This document shows positions 17,573-27,520 of a stretch of DNA of 53,827 bases, one piece after another (within the stretch, counting starts at the first letter, position 1; every line of letters begins with the position of its first letter). The DNA comes from a virus. Lineage: Duplodnaviria; Caudoviricetes. The position numbers and the translations under genes are program-made. The notes below the pieces were generated by a model. It was given only the letters and a program-made list of their open reading frames with translations. It searched no databases and was not told where the DNA came from. Where the stretch lies: positions 1 to 53,827 of the IMG/VR virus record IMGVR_UViG_3300031694_000009. The stretch is one strand, 5' to 3'.

Positions 17573-18484
17573 ATGGCAATTTCTCGCGCACAACTAGCGA
17601 AAGAGCTTGAACCCGGCCTAAACGCCTTGTTCGGACTTGAATTTAATCGCTACGAAAATGAGCATGCTGAAATCTTTGAGGAAGAGTCTTCGGACAGAGC
17701 CTTTGAAGAGGAAGTAATGCTTGGTGGTTTCTCAACAGCACCTGTTAAAAATGAAGGTCAATCCATCAGTTTTGACGACGCTCAAGAGACGTACACCGCT
17801 CGTTACACTCACGAAACCATTGCGCTTGCGTTCTCAATTACTGAGGAAGCAGTGGAAGACAATCTGTATGATCGTCTTGCATCGCGCTACACCAAAGCTC
17901 TGGCCCGCTCTATGGCCCAGACTAAGCAAATCAAAGCAGCAGCTATCCTGAACAATGCGTTCGCGACAGGTGTTAATGCGATTGGCGATGGTGCAGCACT
18001 TTGTTCTGCGGCTCATCCGTCTCTTTCTGGTAACCAAACCAATGTCTTGGCAGTTGCTGCCGACCTCAACGAAACTTCGTTGGAGCAGATGTTGATTGAC
18101 GTTGCTGGTATGACAGATGAACGTGGCCTCAAAATCGCAGTTCGCGGCATGAAGCTTATTATACCTAAAGAGCTTCAGTTCATCGCAGAGCGAGTTATCA
18201 ACTCGAACCTGCGCTCTGGTACTGCGGATAACGATAATAATGCAATGAAGTCTATGGGAATGCTCCCTGACGGTGCGGTGGTAAATCACTTCCTCACTGA
18301 CACAGATGCTTTCTTCATTAAGACTGACGCACCAAACGGCTTCAAATTCTTCAACCGTTCAGCCATTAAAACGGCAATGGAAGGGGATTTTGACACCGGC
18401 AACATGCGCTTTAAAGCACGTGAACGTTACTCTTTCGGTGTATCCGATTGGCGTTGTGTTTACGGTACTCCCGGCGCTGCGTAA
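17573..18484 (+). CDS. major capsid protein
   Basis: MAISRAQLAKELEPGLNALFG...DFDTGNMRFKARERYSFG; strong RBS and downstream terminator. Confidence 0.9.
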   Translation: MAISRAQLAKELEPGLNALFGLEFNRYENEHAEIFEEESSDRAFEEEVMLGGFSTAPVKNEGQSISFDDAQETYTARYTHETIALAFSITEEAVEDNLYDRLASRYTKALARSMAQTKQIKAAAILNNAFATGVNAIGDGAALCSAAHPSLSGNQTNVLAVAADLNETSLEQMLIDVAGMTDERGLKIAVRGMKLIIPKELQFIAERVINSNLRSGTADNDNNAMKSMGMLPDGAVVNHFLTDTDAFFIKTDAPNGFKFFNRSAIKTAMEGDFDTGNMRFKARERYSFGVSDWRCVYGTPGAA

Positions 18485-18508
18485 CCTCACGGAAACGCGT
18501 TGTATAAG

Positions 18509-18534
18509 AAAGGGGGCTTCGGCCCCCTTTTTTT
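18509..18534 (+). terminator. Rho-independent terminator
   Basis: AAGGGGGC-TTCG-GCCCCCTT + T run. Confidence 0.9.
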
Positions 18535-18543
18535 ATCTTAATA

Positions 18544-18572
18544 TTGACAGGGAAAAGGTACAATGTTATCTT
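18544..18572 (+). promoter_or_regulatory. sigma70-type promoter
   Basis: TTGACA-17-TATCTT with extended -10 TG. Confidence 0.7.
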
Positions 18573-18664
18573 GAACCAATCGGGAAATATTCCGGTGAAT
18601 CTGACAGACCCGACTGACGATATGCAGACAGATTCCCCTTAAACTCGCATGTGAGGAAAGTATT

Positions 18665-19171
18665 ATGGGCGCTACAACCTTTTCAGGTCCCGTCAAATCT
18701 CTAGGTGGATTCATTTCCGCAGGGTCTGGCAACGATATCAACATCACGGCTGATGACACTCTAACGGTACAAGGTTTTGCAGGACGAATGCTTCGTGTAA
18801 ACGACGCTGACTGTAAGATCACACTACCTACTATTGTGGCCACAGCCCCCAATGACCCAACTGCCCCTGATCAGGCAAACAATATTGGCGCTTCTTTTAG
18901 CTTTTTTATTGAAACAACCGCTACTGACTTAGATATTAAGACAGACGGTACTGACAAGTTTGTTGGTGGTCTTTATACCGGTGTTACTAACGCTACTGGT
19001 AAAACGTTTATATCTGGTGCGGCGAATGACGTCATCACTTTAAACGGTACCACTAAAGGCGGTCTTGCCGGTTCTACCATCACCGTAACGGCTATCGCTT
19101 CAGCAAAATACGCTGTAACAGGCATTACGTTGGGTTCTGGTACGCTAGTTACGCCTTTCGCTGACTCGTAG
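18665..19171 (+). CDS. virion structural protein (head fibre/decoration-like)
   Basis: MGATTFSGPVKS N-terminus, beta-rich. Confidence 0.7.
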   Translation: MGATTFSGPVKSLGGFISAGSGNDINITADDTLTVQGFAGRMLRVNDADCKITLPTIVATAPNDPTAPDQANNIGASFSFFIETTATDLDIKTDGTDKFVGGLYTGVTNATGKTFISGAANDVITLNGTTKGGLAGSTITVTAIASAKYAVTGITLGSGTLVTPFADS

Positions 19172-19188
19172 TAGCAGGGGAGTATCTA

Positions 19189-19461
19189 ATGTCAGGCTCT
19201 GATGTAAGATCAACACGTCTAACAGGGGCAGGATCGGCAGCTGTCGGCCCTGCTCGTATTAGGCAACTCCAAATAAAGACGACTACGGGGACGCCCCGCC
19301 TTACTTTTAGTGATGGCGACGGTGGAGCTGTGATTCTGGATATGGACTTAAATGTATCCACGACACACTCGGTTAACATTCCGGGTGATGGTATCCGAGT
19401 TTCAGATATCTTCATCTCGACCTATACCGCCTGTACGTCGGTTACTATTTTTTACAGTTAA
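19189..19461 (+). CDS. small beta-rich structural protein (paralog of 19476)
   Basis: aligns end to end with the next ORF. Confidence 0.75.
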   Translation: MSGSDVRSTRLTGAGSAAVGPARIRQLQIKTTTGTPRLTFSDGDGGAVILDMDLNVSTTHSVNIPGDGIRVSDIFISTYTACTSVTIFYS

Positions 19462-19475
19462 AAAGGGTAAACGTC

Positions 19476-19745
19476 ATGGCATCTGATGTAAAAGCAACCT
19501 ATCTGACCGCCTCCGGGAGTGTTTTCGCGGGTCGGTCTAGGATAAAAGCAATCCATTACCAAGCGGGGACATCTCCGACTCTGGTTCTTAAGAATGGTGG
19601 TTCCGGTGGAACGACCTTATTGACAATGGCTTTTGTTAACGCCACTGACGACAGTATTTATATCCCCGATGAAGGGATGTTGTTCGACGAAGGCTGTTAC
19701 GCCGTACTAACTAATGTGACAAGTGTCACTGTTTTTTATAACTAA
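19476..19745 (+). CDS. small beta-rich structural protein (paralog of 19189)
   Basis: SDVK...R.RI...IP.EG...TSVTVFY shared pattern. Confidence 0.75.
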   Translation: MASDVKATYLTASGSVFAGRSRIKAIHYQAGTSPTLVLKNGGSGGTTLLTMAFVNATDDSIYIPDEGMLFDEGCYAVLTNVTSVTVFYN

Positions 19746-19751
19746 GGCGCG

Positions 19752-20010
19752 TATGGACATGTCTACAACCTCGCCCCTTGCAGCTAAAGCGCCTAAAAAG
19801 GAGAAATCTTGGCGCGAAGAGGACGCGATGAGAATGACGACCGTATTGTCGAAGCTGGAAAAGCATGAAGCCGAATGCACCCTACGCTACCAACGAATTG
19901 ATGAAAGGTTAGGTGAGCAGAAGCTTGCTTTGAGGGCCTTGGACATTAAAATATGGGGACTAGCCGTGTTAATAGTAGTAGCCCCCTTGGTGCATAAATT
20001 ATTGGGGTGA
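19752..20010 (+). CDS. coiled-coil membrane protein
   Basis: HEAECTLRY..I..RL followed by a C-terminal TM helix; start uncertain. Confidence 0.6.
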
Positions 20011-20113
20011 CCTAACTCATACTTTCGTAAGTTGCAACAAGCTGCAGACAAGCGGGATTAAAAAGGCTATTATACCTCTATTATGCCGAATATAATGCAG
20101 TAAGGAACGCCTT

Positions 20114-20782
20114 ATGACTACCTCCGCAAGCAAAGATTTTGAGCTAGACGTCGCCGAGTATGTCGAAGAGGCGTTTGAGCGGTGTGGTCTGGAAGTTCGG
20201 ACGGGTTACGACATGAAATCAGCTAAAAGGTCTTTGAACCTTTTGCTGGCAGATTGGGCTAACCGTGGTCTCAACCAATGGACTATCAAGCAGCGCACTC
20301 TTGCAATGGTCGCCGGGACAGGTGAGTATTCCATAGGCACCGACGTCATTGACGTCCTATCTGTAGTAGTCCAACGAAACAATACCGACTATTCTTTGTT
20401 AAGGTTGAGCCGTGACGGTTTTTTGACCATCCCCAACAAGACTACCCAAGGCCGTGTCAACCAGTTTTTCTTGGACAGACAGGTCTCCCCTAATTTAAAG
20501 CTGTGGCCCGTACCGGATAACAGCACTGACGTTGTTTATTACAACGCTTTAACGCGCATGGACGACGCGGACACCTACACTAACACCATGGACATGCCTT
20601 TTAGGTTTTATCCCTGTTTAGCTGCAGGTTTAGCGTATTATATTGCGCTAAAACGCGCTCCAAACCGTGTTCAGATGCTGAAAGCCGCATACGAAGAGGA
20701 GTTTGAACGAGCTGCCATAGAGGATCGAGACCGCTCGTCCTTTAACGTTGCGCCTAACTTTAGTTATTACAGGAACAGCTGA
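20114..20782 (+). CDS. head-tail adaptor protein
   Basis: EEAFERCG...ARRSL-like...WANRGLNQW...LWPVPD pattern; position. Confidence 0.65.
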   Translation: MTTSASKDFELDVAEYVEEAFERCGLEVRTGYDMKSAKRSLNLLLADWANRGLNQWTIKQRTLAMVAGTGEYSIGTDVIDVLSVVVQRNNTDYSLLRLSRDGFLTIPNKTTQGRVNQFFLDRQVSPNLKLWPVPDNSTDVVYYNALTRMDDADTYTNTMDMPFRFYPCLAAGLAYYIALKRAPNRVQMLKAAYEEEFERAAIEDRDRSSFNVAPNFSYYRNS

Positions 20783-21084
20783 TGAGTAAGTTCGCTGCCG
20801 GAAAAGAAGCATGGGCTATATCAGACCGATCTGGTTTTCGCTACCCTTACCGGTTAATGAAGAAAGAGTGGAACGGCCTTTTGGTTGGTCCAGACGAATA
20901 TGAGCCGAAACAGCCCCAGTTGGGACCGTTTCGTAAGGTAGTTGACCCTCAAGCCCTTCAAAACGCCCGTCCTGATCGCGTAGAGCCTTTAGACGTTTAT
21001 GTGGGGCTGCCTTTAGTGGTTGCACCTAATCTTAGGCCTGTACAGGGCTTCGGACAAGCCGGAACGGTAACGGTGACTACATGA
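20782..21084 (+). CDS. tail-associated protein
   Basis: AISDRSGFRYPY...EWNG...EPKQPQL...DPQAL..ARP. Confidence 0.7.
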   Translation: MSKFAAGKEAWAISDRSGFRYPYRLMKKEWNGLLVGPDEYEPKQPQLGPFRKVVDPQALQNARPDRVEPLDVYVGLPLVVAPNLRPVQGFGQAGTVTVTT

Positions 21085-21731
21085 GCTTTACGTATGCGCA
21101 GTTAAAACAAGCTATTCAGGACTACACGGAGAACGATGAAACGACTTTCGTGAACAATCTGCCTATCTTTATTACTCAGGCAGAGGAAAGAATCCTCAAA
21201 ACTGTCCAATTAAGCCTGTTTAGGAAGAATGTAAGTGGCGCAATGGCCGCGAGTAACCGTTTTTTGGCTGCTCCAAGCGACTTTTTAGCCCCTTATTCGC
21301 TATCTTTTGTTGATTCGAGCAGTAATCACGTGTTTTTACAGTTTAAAGACCCGGATTTTGTCCAAACCTTTAACCCAAAGTCCGCTACTACGGGTGATCC
21401 TAGGTTTTATGCGGTTTTTGACGTAGATAACTTTATTCTAGGCCCTACCCCGGATGGCGCGTATGCGGTAGAATTACACTATTTCTACCGCCCGGACAGC
21501 TTGACTGCCGGTGCGGAAAGCGGCACAACATGGCTAAGCACAAACGCTGAGATTGCTTTGTTGTACGGTTGCTTGATGGAAGCGTACATTTTCATGAAAG
21601 GGGAACCTGATATGATGGCTATGTATGAGAAACGTTTCGCGGAGGCTATTACGGGCATGAAGATGTTCGGTGAGTCTAAAGAAGTAACGGATGAGTACCG
21701 CACCGGGCAAATAATAAGGCCTAAACAGTGA
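21081..21731 (+). CDS. tail adaptor/tubular protein
   Basis: TYAQLKQAIQDY...LGPTPD..Y..ELHYFYRP...LLYG.L.EA. Confidence 0.7.
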   Translation: MSFTYAQLKQAIQDYTENDETTFVNNLPIFITQAEERILKTVQLSLFRKNVSGAMAASNRFLAAPSDFLAPYSLSFVDSSSNHVFLQFKDPDFVQTFNPKSATTGDPRFYAVFDVDNFILGPTPDGAYAVELHYFYRPDSLTAGAESGTTWLSTNAEIALLYGCLMEAYIFMKGEPDMMAMYEKRFAEAITGMKMFGESKEVTDEYRTGQIIRPKQ

Positions 21732-22021
21732 GCGCCCCGGCTATAGAGGCATTACCTGTAATGAAGGTGGACGTACACACCACTCGTGGACGAGGATTTA
21801 CTCCAGAGGAAATTGCGGAGAGATGCGCGAATAAGATTATCGCGATATCTGATGACGCAAACCCTGCTATTAGGGCACAAGCTCACGCTTTTCGTGGGCA
21901 GCTACTAAAAACACTAGAATTTTACATGCGAGAAGCTGTCAAGTCTGATAGAACGACGGTGTGTAACGCTTTAACCGACGCAGGCCAGACAGACCTTGCT
22001 AAACTTATAAGGAGACTGTGA
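21728..22021 (+). CDS. conserved hypothetical protein
   Basis: TT..RGFTPEE.A; coupled on both sides. Confidence 0.75.
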   Translation: MSAPAIEALPVMKVDVHTTRGRGFTPEEIAERCANKIIAISDDANPAIRAQAHAFRGQLLKTLEFYMREAVKSDRTTVCNALTDAGQTDLAKLIRRL

Positions 22022-22476
22022 CCATGGCCTTTTCCGGAAACTACATGTGCACCAGCTTTAAGAAAGAATTGCTGTATGGTGCCCACGACTTCGACGCTTC
22101 TAGCGGCGATACATTTAAAATTGCGCTTTATACGAGCTCTGCGACGCTAACTGCGGCGACGACTGCGTATTCGGCAACTAATGAAACTAGTGGTACTAAT
22201 TATACCGCGGGCGGCGGGACATTAACCCCCGTTGATCCTACGGCGTCGGGTACTACCGCGTTGACGGATTTTGCTGATGAAACGTGGACAAGTGCTACGA
22301 TCACGGCCCGTGGTGCGCTAGTTTACAACACCACTCCTAATACCACTTCTATCTCTCTCACCAATCCTGCGGTAATCGTATTGGATTTTGGTGCAGACAA
22401 GATCGCAACAGCCGGGGACTTCACAGTTGTGTTCCCTACCGCGGATGCGAGCAATGCGATTATTCGTATAGCGTAA
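22018..22476 (+). CDS. tail structural protein
   Basis: CTSFKKELL.G.HDF...FKIALY...TARGAL.YN...VLDFG.DK. Confidence 0.75.
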   Translation: MTMAFSGNYMCTSFKKELLYGAHDFDASSGDTFKIALYTSSATLTAATTAYSATNETSGTNYTAGGGTLTPVDPTASGTTALTDFADETWTSATITARGALVYNTTPNTTSISLTNPAVIVLDFGADKIATAGDFTVVFPTADASNAIIRIA

Positions 22477-22661
22477 TGACCTCCGTTGTCGTTAACGTGG
22501 TTGGGGTAACTTCAACGAGTAGCGTTGGACAAGCCCTTGTTTACGGACGTATTGTGCCGGACCAGAATCCGAACTATACTCAGATAACACCAAGTCAATC
22601 GCCAACGTGGTCGGAGGAAGTGCCAACCCAGAGTGCCTTTTGGACAAAAATAGCAGCGTGA
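22476..22661 (+). CDS. short tail-fibre-associated protein
   Basis: 61 aa; TAATG coupling; Trp-spaced C-terminus. Confidence 0.65.
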   Translation: MTSVVVNVVGVTSTSSVGQALVYGRIVPDQNPNYTQITPSQSPTWSEEVPTQSAFWTKIAA

Positions 22662-22671
22662 GGAATTAAAA

Positions 22672-25600
22672 ATGCCCAGTACCTATACAGTCAACCTCGG
22701 TATTGAAAAGCCGGCCACCGGTGAACAGTCGGGAGCGTGGGGCGATACCGTCAACGAAAACTCTAATATATTAGATGAGGCCATTAACGGCGTCGTTACA
22801 ATAACGCTCACCTCCGCGGGTTCGTCAGGCTCTCCCAACCAAATTGCCATCACTAACGGTTCCTCGTCTACAGGACGTAATAAATGGATCGAATTTGACG
22901 ACGGTGGGAATTTAGGCGCGTCGGCTTATGTGGAATTGATTCCAAACGACGCTGAAAAAATATGCTTTATCCGGAACAGCCTTTCGGCCAGTCAGTCTAT
23001 CTTCCTTTTCCAAGGTACTTATAGCGCAAGCAACGATCTTGAGATCGCGGCGGGCACTGACGTGGCGGTTAAGTTTAGCGGCACTGGAACAGGCGCGACC
23101 GTAGCAAACATCAACGCCAACTTGAAGGTTGACGGGATTGTTGCAACGACGGCTGACATTAATGGCGGCACAATAGATGCCACTGTAATAGGTGGTTCAA
23201 CCGCTGCGGCTGTCACAGGTACTACTGTTGTTGCAAACACCAGTGTTAATATTGCAGGTGACGGCGCGACCGTCACCGGGATAAAAGACGAAGACAACAT
23301 GGCGAGTAACTCCGCCGTCAAGCTTGCCACTCAGCAATCTATTAAGGCCTATGTTGACTCCCAAGTAGCTACCGTTGATACGCTTTCAGAAGTTCTTGCC
23401 ATTGGTAACACTTCAGGCAGCTCCGATATTGATATGGACGCGGCACAGAAAGTTCAGTTTCGCGATTCCGCCATCTACATAAACTCCAGTGTTGACGGGC
23501 AGCTAGACATTGTTGCCGACACTGAGATTCAAATTGCGGCCACTACGATTGACATTAACGGCGCTATTAACGCCAGCGGTGAGATCATTGCGGCTTCGCT
23601 AGATATTTCTGGCAACGTCGACATCGACGGAATTACTAATTTAGACGCTGTTGATATAGACGGCGCTGTTGATATAACGGGAACCTTGGACGTAACGGGT
23701 GACGTTACAGTGGGTGTTGACGGGACAGGTCATGACGTTAAGTTCTTCGGAGACACCTCTGGCAACTATGTTCTCTGGGACCAGTCTGCTGATGATTTGA
23801 TACTAGCCGGGACTTCCTCTCTTGCTGTTGGCGGCGACGCCGCTGTCACTGGAGACTTAGATGTCGACGGCACGATTGAATTTGATGCTTTATCGGGTAC
23901 TGGCTCAGTAGCAGTAACGGACATTAAAGACGAAGACAACATGGCTTCTGATAGCGCCACGGCGCTTGCCACCCAACAGTCTATTAAGGCTTACGTTGAC
24001 GCTCAAGTCGACACGGTTGACACACTTTCAGAAGTTCTTGCCATCGGCAATACCTCGGGAAGCACCGACATCAGCATGGACACTGCACAGAAAGTGCAGT
24101 TTCGCGATTCTGCTATCTACATTAACTCCAGCGTTGACGGTCAGCTCGACATTGTCGCAGACACTGAAATTCAGATAGCTGCCACTACGGTTGATATTAA
24201 TGGCGCAATTAATGCCAGTGGCGAAATAATTGCAGCCTCGCTAGACATCTCGGGCAACGTTGACATAGACGGGATTACTAATTTAGACGCCGTTGACATA
24301 GACGGTGCGGTTCAAATTGATGCCGCAGTAACCGTGGGTGTTGATGGGACGGGCCATGACGTTAAATTCTTTGGGGACACCTCGGGGAATTACGTACTTT
24401 GGGACCAGTCTGCTGACGATTTGATACTAGCCGGGACTTCCTCCCTTGTTGTAGGCGGAGACGCCTCGGTCACGGGAGACTTAGATGTTGACGGCACTAT
24501 TGAATTTGATGCTTTATCTGGCACAGGCTCAGTAACCGTCACGGACATTAAAGACGAAGACAACATGGCGTCTAACAGCGCCACTATGCTGGCTACGCAA
24601 CAGTCCATTAAGGCGTATGTAGACTCTGCCGCAGGCACAGACACGCTTGCTGCCGTCCTCGTCGAGGGCAACATAACGGGCGGCACGGATTTGGATTTCT
24701 CCATTGGCGATGACCTGACCACGTTGACCGCGGGCACCAGCAACTTCCGCGCAGGTGTTAACGCGGGTGCCAGCATTGCCTCGGGGGGTAACTACAACAC
24801 GCTGGTAGGCGATGGCGCCGGAACAGCTACCACCACAGGCGATGCCAACACGGCAAGCGGTTATAATGCTTTCTCGACTAACACCACCGGCGGCAACAAC
24901 GTCGCAATAGGCCATCAGGCTTTACGTGATAGCACCACGGCCCAGCAGAACACGGCCGTCGGCTCCAACGCTTTATCCTTGGCCACCACGGGCGGTTCGA
25001 ACACGGCAACCGGGTATTCTGCTTTAGCGGCCAACACTACGGGCGGTTCGAACACGGCCGTCGGTACGCAGGCGTTAACCACTAACACCACCGCATCGGC
25101 CAACGTCGCAATAGGCCATCAGGCTTTGGGCCTTAACACCACGGGCAGTTCTAGCGTAGCAACGGGTTATATCGCACTAGGTGCTAACACTACAGGTAGT
25201 AACAACACCGCAACAGGCTATCTGTCTTTAGGTGCTAACACTACGGGCACTAACAACACCGCAAGCGGCTATGAGGCGCTAAAAACCAACACCACCGCTT
25301 CTAACAACGTCGCAACCGGGTATTCTGCTTTAAACGCTAACACCGTGGGCGCTAACAACGTCGCCGTCGGAACGAACGCGTTAAAAGACAACACCACCGC
25401 TTCTTTCAACGTCGCCGTCGGCTATAGCGCGTTATCGGATAACACCACCGGGTATTACAACACCGCCCTCGGTTACGGAGCGTTAAAAGACAACACTACC
25501 GCTTCGGGCAACACCGCAATAGGTTATAACGCGTTATCGGATAACACTACAGGCGCGGGCAACACGGCAACCGGGTATTATGCCTTAGACGCTAACACCA

Positions 25601-27144
25601 CCGGCGCTAATAATACCGCCTTCGGCTATTTTTCCTTAGACGCTAACACGACTGGCTCTAGCAACATAGCAATCGGTACCTTTTCGTTATCTGCTAACAC
25701 TACAGGTGTTCAGAACACCGCAGTCGGTATTCAGGCGTTACTAGTCAACACCACGGGCGCTAACAACGTAGCCATCGGAGCGCAATCTTTACAGGCCAAC
25801 ACTACAGGTTCTTACAACGTAGGCACGGGCACGGGTGCGCTAGCCGCGAACACCACGGGCGCTAGCAACGTAGCCATCGGAACGCAATCTTTACAGGCCA
25901 ACACTACAGGCTATTCCAACGTAGCAATGGGCGCACAGTCGCTAACCGCCAATACCACGGGCACTGACAATACAGCAGTCGGCGCGATATCTCTGCAAAC
26001 CAACACTACAGGCTATTACAACGTAGGGGTAGGCAGAAGCACGTTAAATGCTAACACGACAGGCGTTCAGAACACGGCAGTCGGTACGTTGGCTATGGGC
26101 GCGAACACTACGGGCAATAACAACGCGGCCTTCGGGTGTTATGCTTTAGACGCAGCCACGACAGCGAGTAATAACACCGCAGTTGGCTATGGTGCGTTAA
26201 GTGCTAATACTACCGCCCCCAACAACACCGCAGTTGGCTATCTCGCATTAAACGTTAACACTACAGGTGATAACAACGTAGCAATTGGCGTGAACGCCTC
26301 AAGACTTGCCACCACTGCTTATGCCAACATAGCGGTTGGCAGAAATGCCTTAGAAAGCCACACCACGGGGCATAGCAACGTAGCAGTGGGCTACCGCGCT
26401 ATGGCGCTTAGCACCACAGGATTCTACAATGTAGCAATCGGGAGGGATGCTATGGATGCTGCCACCACTGCCACTAGGGCGGTAGCGGTAGGCAACGGCG
26501 CATTAGGGGTCTTGACCACGGGGCATTACAATACAGCAGTTGGTGAGGTGTGCTTACAGAGTCTTACTACTGGACAGTACAATACGTCAGTAGGTAGATC
26601 AGGCGCAAGCAACCTAGTAACAGGAAGCTACAACACCTGCCTAGGCTATTACGCAAGGCCGGGCTCAACCTCTACCAGTAACGCGGTGGTACTCGGGTAC
26701 TATGTGTCAGGCAGCGCGAACTACACCACATTAGGGGACAGCGGGTCGGACATTAGAGCAGCACACGGTAGTACAACATGGTCTACGGTGTCGGATATAA
26801 GGTATAAAAAAGACATTACCGACTCGACAGCAGGGCTTGATTTTGTAAATGCCCTACGCCCAAGGACTTGGAAATACAAGACGCTAGGCGACCTGCCTGA
26901 AACCTTTAGTGCTTATAAAAAGGGCTCAACGGAAGTATTTAAAAATACCCAAACAAACCACGGGTTTATAGCGCAAGAAGTTAAATCGGCAATTGAGGCG
27001 GACGATAGCCTCAAAGACGGTTTTAAACTATGGGATGACCGTGAAGACGGTTCTCAAGAAGTAGCAGAAGCGGCGCTAATACCTGTATTAGTCAAAGCAA
27101 TCCAAGAGCTAACCGCTCGTTTAACAATCTTAGAAGGAAGCTAA
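22672..27144 (+). CDS. tail fibre/spike with internal duplication, 14-aa solenoid repeats and C-terminal S74 chaperone
   Basis: ATGEQSGAWG anchor; repeats at 23281/23923/24547; NTTGxxNxAxGxxAL repeats; SDIRYKKDI...GFIAQEV...LVKAIQEL. Confidence 0.9.
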   Translation: MPSTYTVNLGIEKPATGEQSGAWGDTVNENSNILDEAINGVVTITLTSAGSSGSPNQIAITNGSSSTGRNKWIEFDDGGNLGASAYVELIPNDAEKICFIRNSLSASQSIFLFQGTYSASNDLEIAAGTDVAVKFSGTGTGATVANINANLKVDGIVATTADINGGTIDATVIGGSTAAAVTGTTVVANTSVNIAGDGATVTGIKDEDNMASNSAVKLATQQSIKAYVDSQVATVDTLSEVLAIGNTSGSSDIDMDAAQKVQFRDSAIYINSSVDGQLDIVADTEIQIAATTIDINGAINASGEIIAASLDISGNVDIDGITNLDAVDIDGAVDITGTLDVTGDVTVGVDGTGHDVKFFGDTSGNYVLWDQSADDLILAGTSSLAVGGDAAVTGDLDVDGTIEFDALSGTGSVAVTDIKDEDNMASDSATALATQQSIKAYVDAQVDTVDTLSEVLAIGNTSGSTDISMDTAQKVQFRDSAIYINSSVDGQLDIVADTEIQIAATTVDINGAINASGEIIAASLDISGNVDIDGITNLDAVDIDGAVQIDAAVTVGVDGTGHDVKFFGDTSGNYVLWDQSADDLILAGTSSLVVGGDASVTGDLDVDGTIEFDALSGTGSVTVTDIKDEDNMASNSATMLATQQSIKAYVDSAAGTDTLAAVLVEGNITGGTDLDFSIGDDLTTLTAGTSNFRAGVNAGASIASGGNYNTLVGDGAGTATTTGDANTASGYNAFSTNTTGGNNVAIGHQALRDSTTAQQNTAVGSNALSLATTGGSNTATGYSALAANTTGGSNTAVGTQALTTNTTASANVAIGHQALGLNTTGSSSVATGYIALGANTTGSNNTATGYLSLGANTTGTNNTASGYEALKTNTTASNNVATGYSALNANTVGANNVAVGTNALKDNTTASFNVAVGYSALSDNTTGYYNTALGYGALKDNTTASGNTAIGYNALSDNTTGAGNTATGYYALDANTTGANNTAFGYFSLDANTTGSSNIAIGTFSLSANTTGVQNTAVGIQALLVNTTGANNVAIGAQSLQANTTGSYNVGTGTGALAANTTGASNVAIGTQSLQANTTGYSNVAMGAQSLTANTTGTDNTAVGAISLQTNTTGYYNVGVGRSTLNANTTGVQNTAVGTLAMGANTTGNNNAAFGCYALDAATTASNNTAVGYGALSANTTAPNNTAVGYLALNVNTTGDNNVAIGVNASRLATTAYANIAVGRNALESHTTGHSNVAVGYRAMALSTTGFYNVAIGRDAMDAATTATRAVAVGNGALGVLTTGHYNTAVGEVCLQSLTTGQYNTSVGRSGASNLVTGSYNTCLGYYARPGSTSTSNAVVLGYYVSGSANYTTLGDSGSDIRAAHGSTTWSTVSDIRYKKDITDSTAGLDFVNALRPRTWKYKTLGDLPETFSAYKKGSTEVFKNTQTNHGFIAQEVKSAIEADDSLKDGFKLWDDREDGSQEVAEAALIPVLVKAIQELTARLTILEGS

Positions 27145-27146
27145 CT

Positions 27147-27470
27147 ATGGCTATCACATACACTTGGACAATTGAAAGTATGTCCGTATTACAGACCCCC
27201 GAACCGGACTTCGTTGTCGATGCGAATTGGCTATGCAGCGGTACCGACGGCACCAATGTTGCGGAGACCATGGGAGACTCGACCTTTACGGTGCAAGAAG
27301 GTCCTACGTTTGTCCCTTACGCGAGCCTAACAGAAGCGCTTGTTTTAGGGTGGGTTACTGCCGAGCTGGGTGTAGACGGGGTGTCTAATGTAGAGGCTTC
27401 CGTGGAAGGACAGATCAACTCAATTGTCACGCCTCCCGTATCACCTACCTCTGAACCACTACCGTGGTAA
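27147..27470 (+). CDS. tail fibre assembly/accessory protein
   Basis: TYTWTI...FVPYASLTE..VLGWV...LPW; follows the fibre. Confidence 0.7.
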   Translation: MAITYTWTIESMSVLQTPEPDFVVDANWLCSGTDGTNVAETMGDSTFTVQEGPTFVPYASLTEALVLGWVTAELGVDGVSNVEASVEGQINSIVTPPVSPTSEPLPW

Positions 27471-27520
27471 ACGAGTAGGTCACGATTTTAAAGAAACCAC
27501 TTAATTAGTGACAGGATGCT

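Noticed and set aside
18614-18660. Hammerhead ribozyme (CTGACGA...GAAA)
   Set aside because: Could not build the three stems around the core
20011-20113. Possible gene remnant in the intergenic gap
   Set aside because: Only a short open stretch with no start; cannot be supported
22672-27144. Diversity-generating retroelement
   Set aside because: No reverse transcriptase; repeat differences are synonymous rather than adenine-specific
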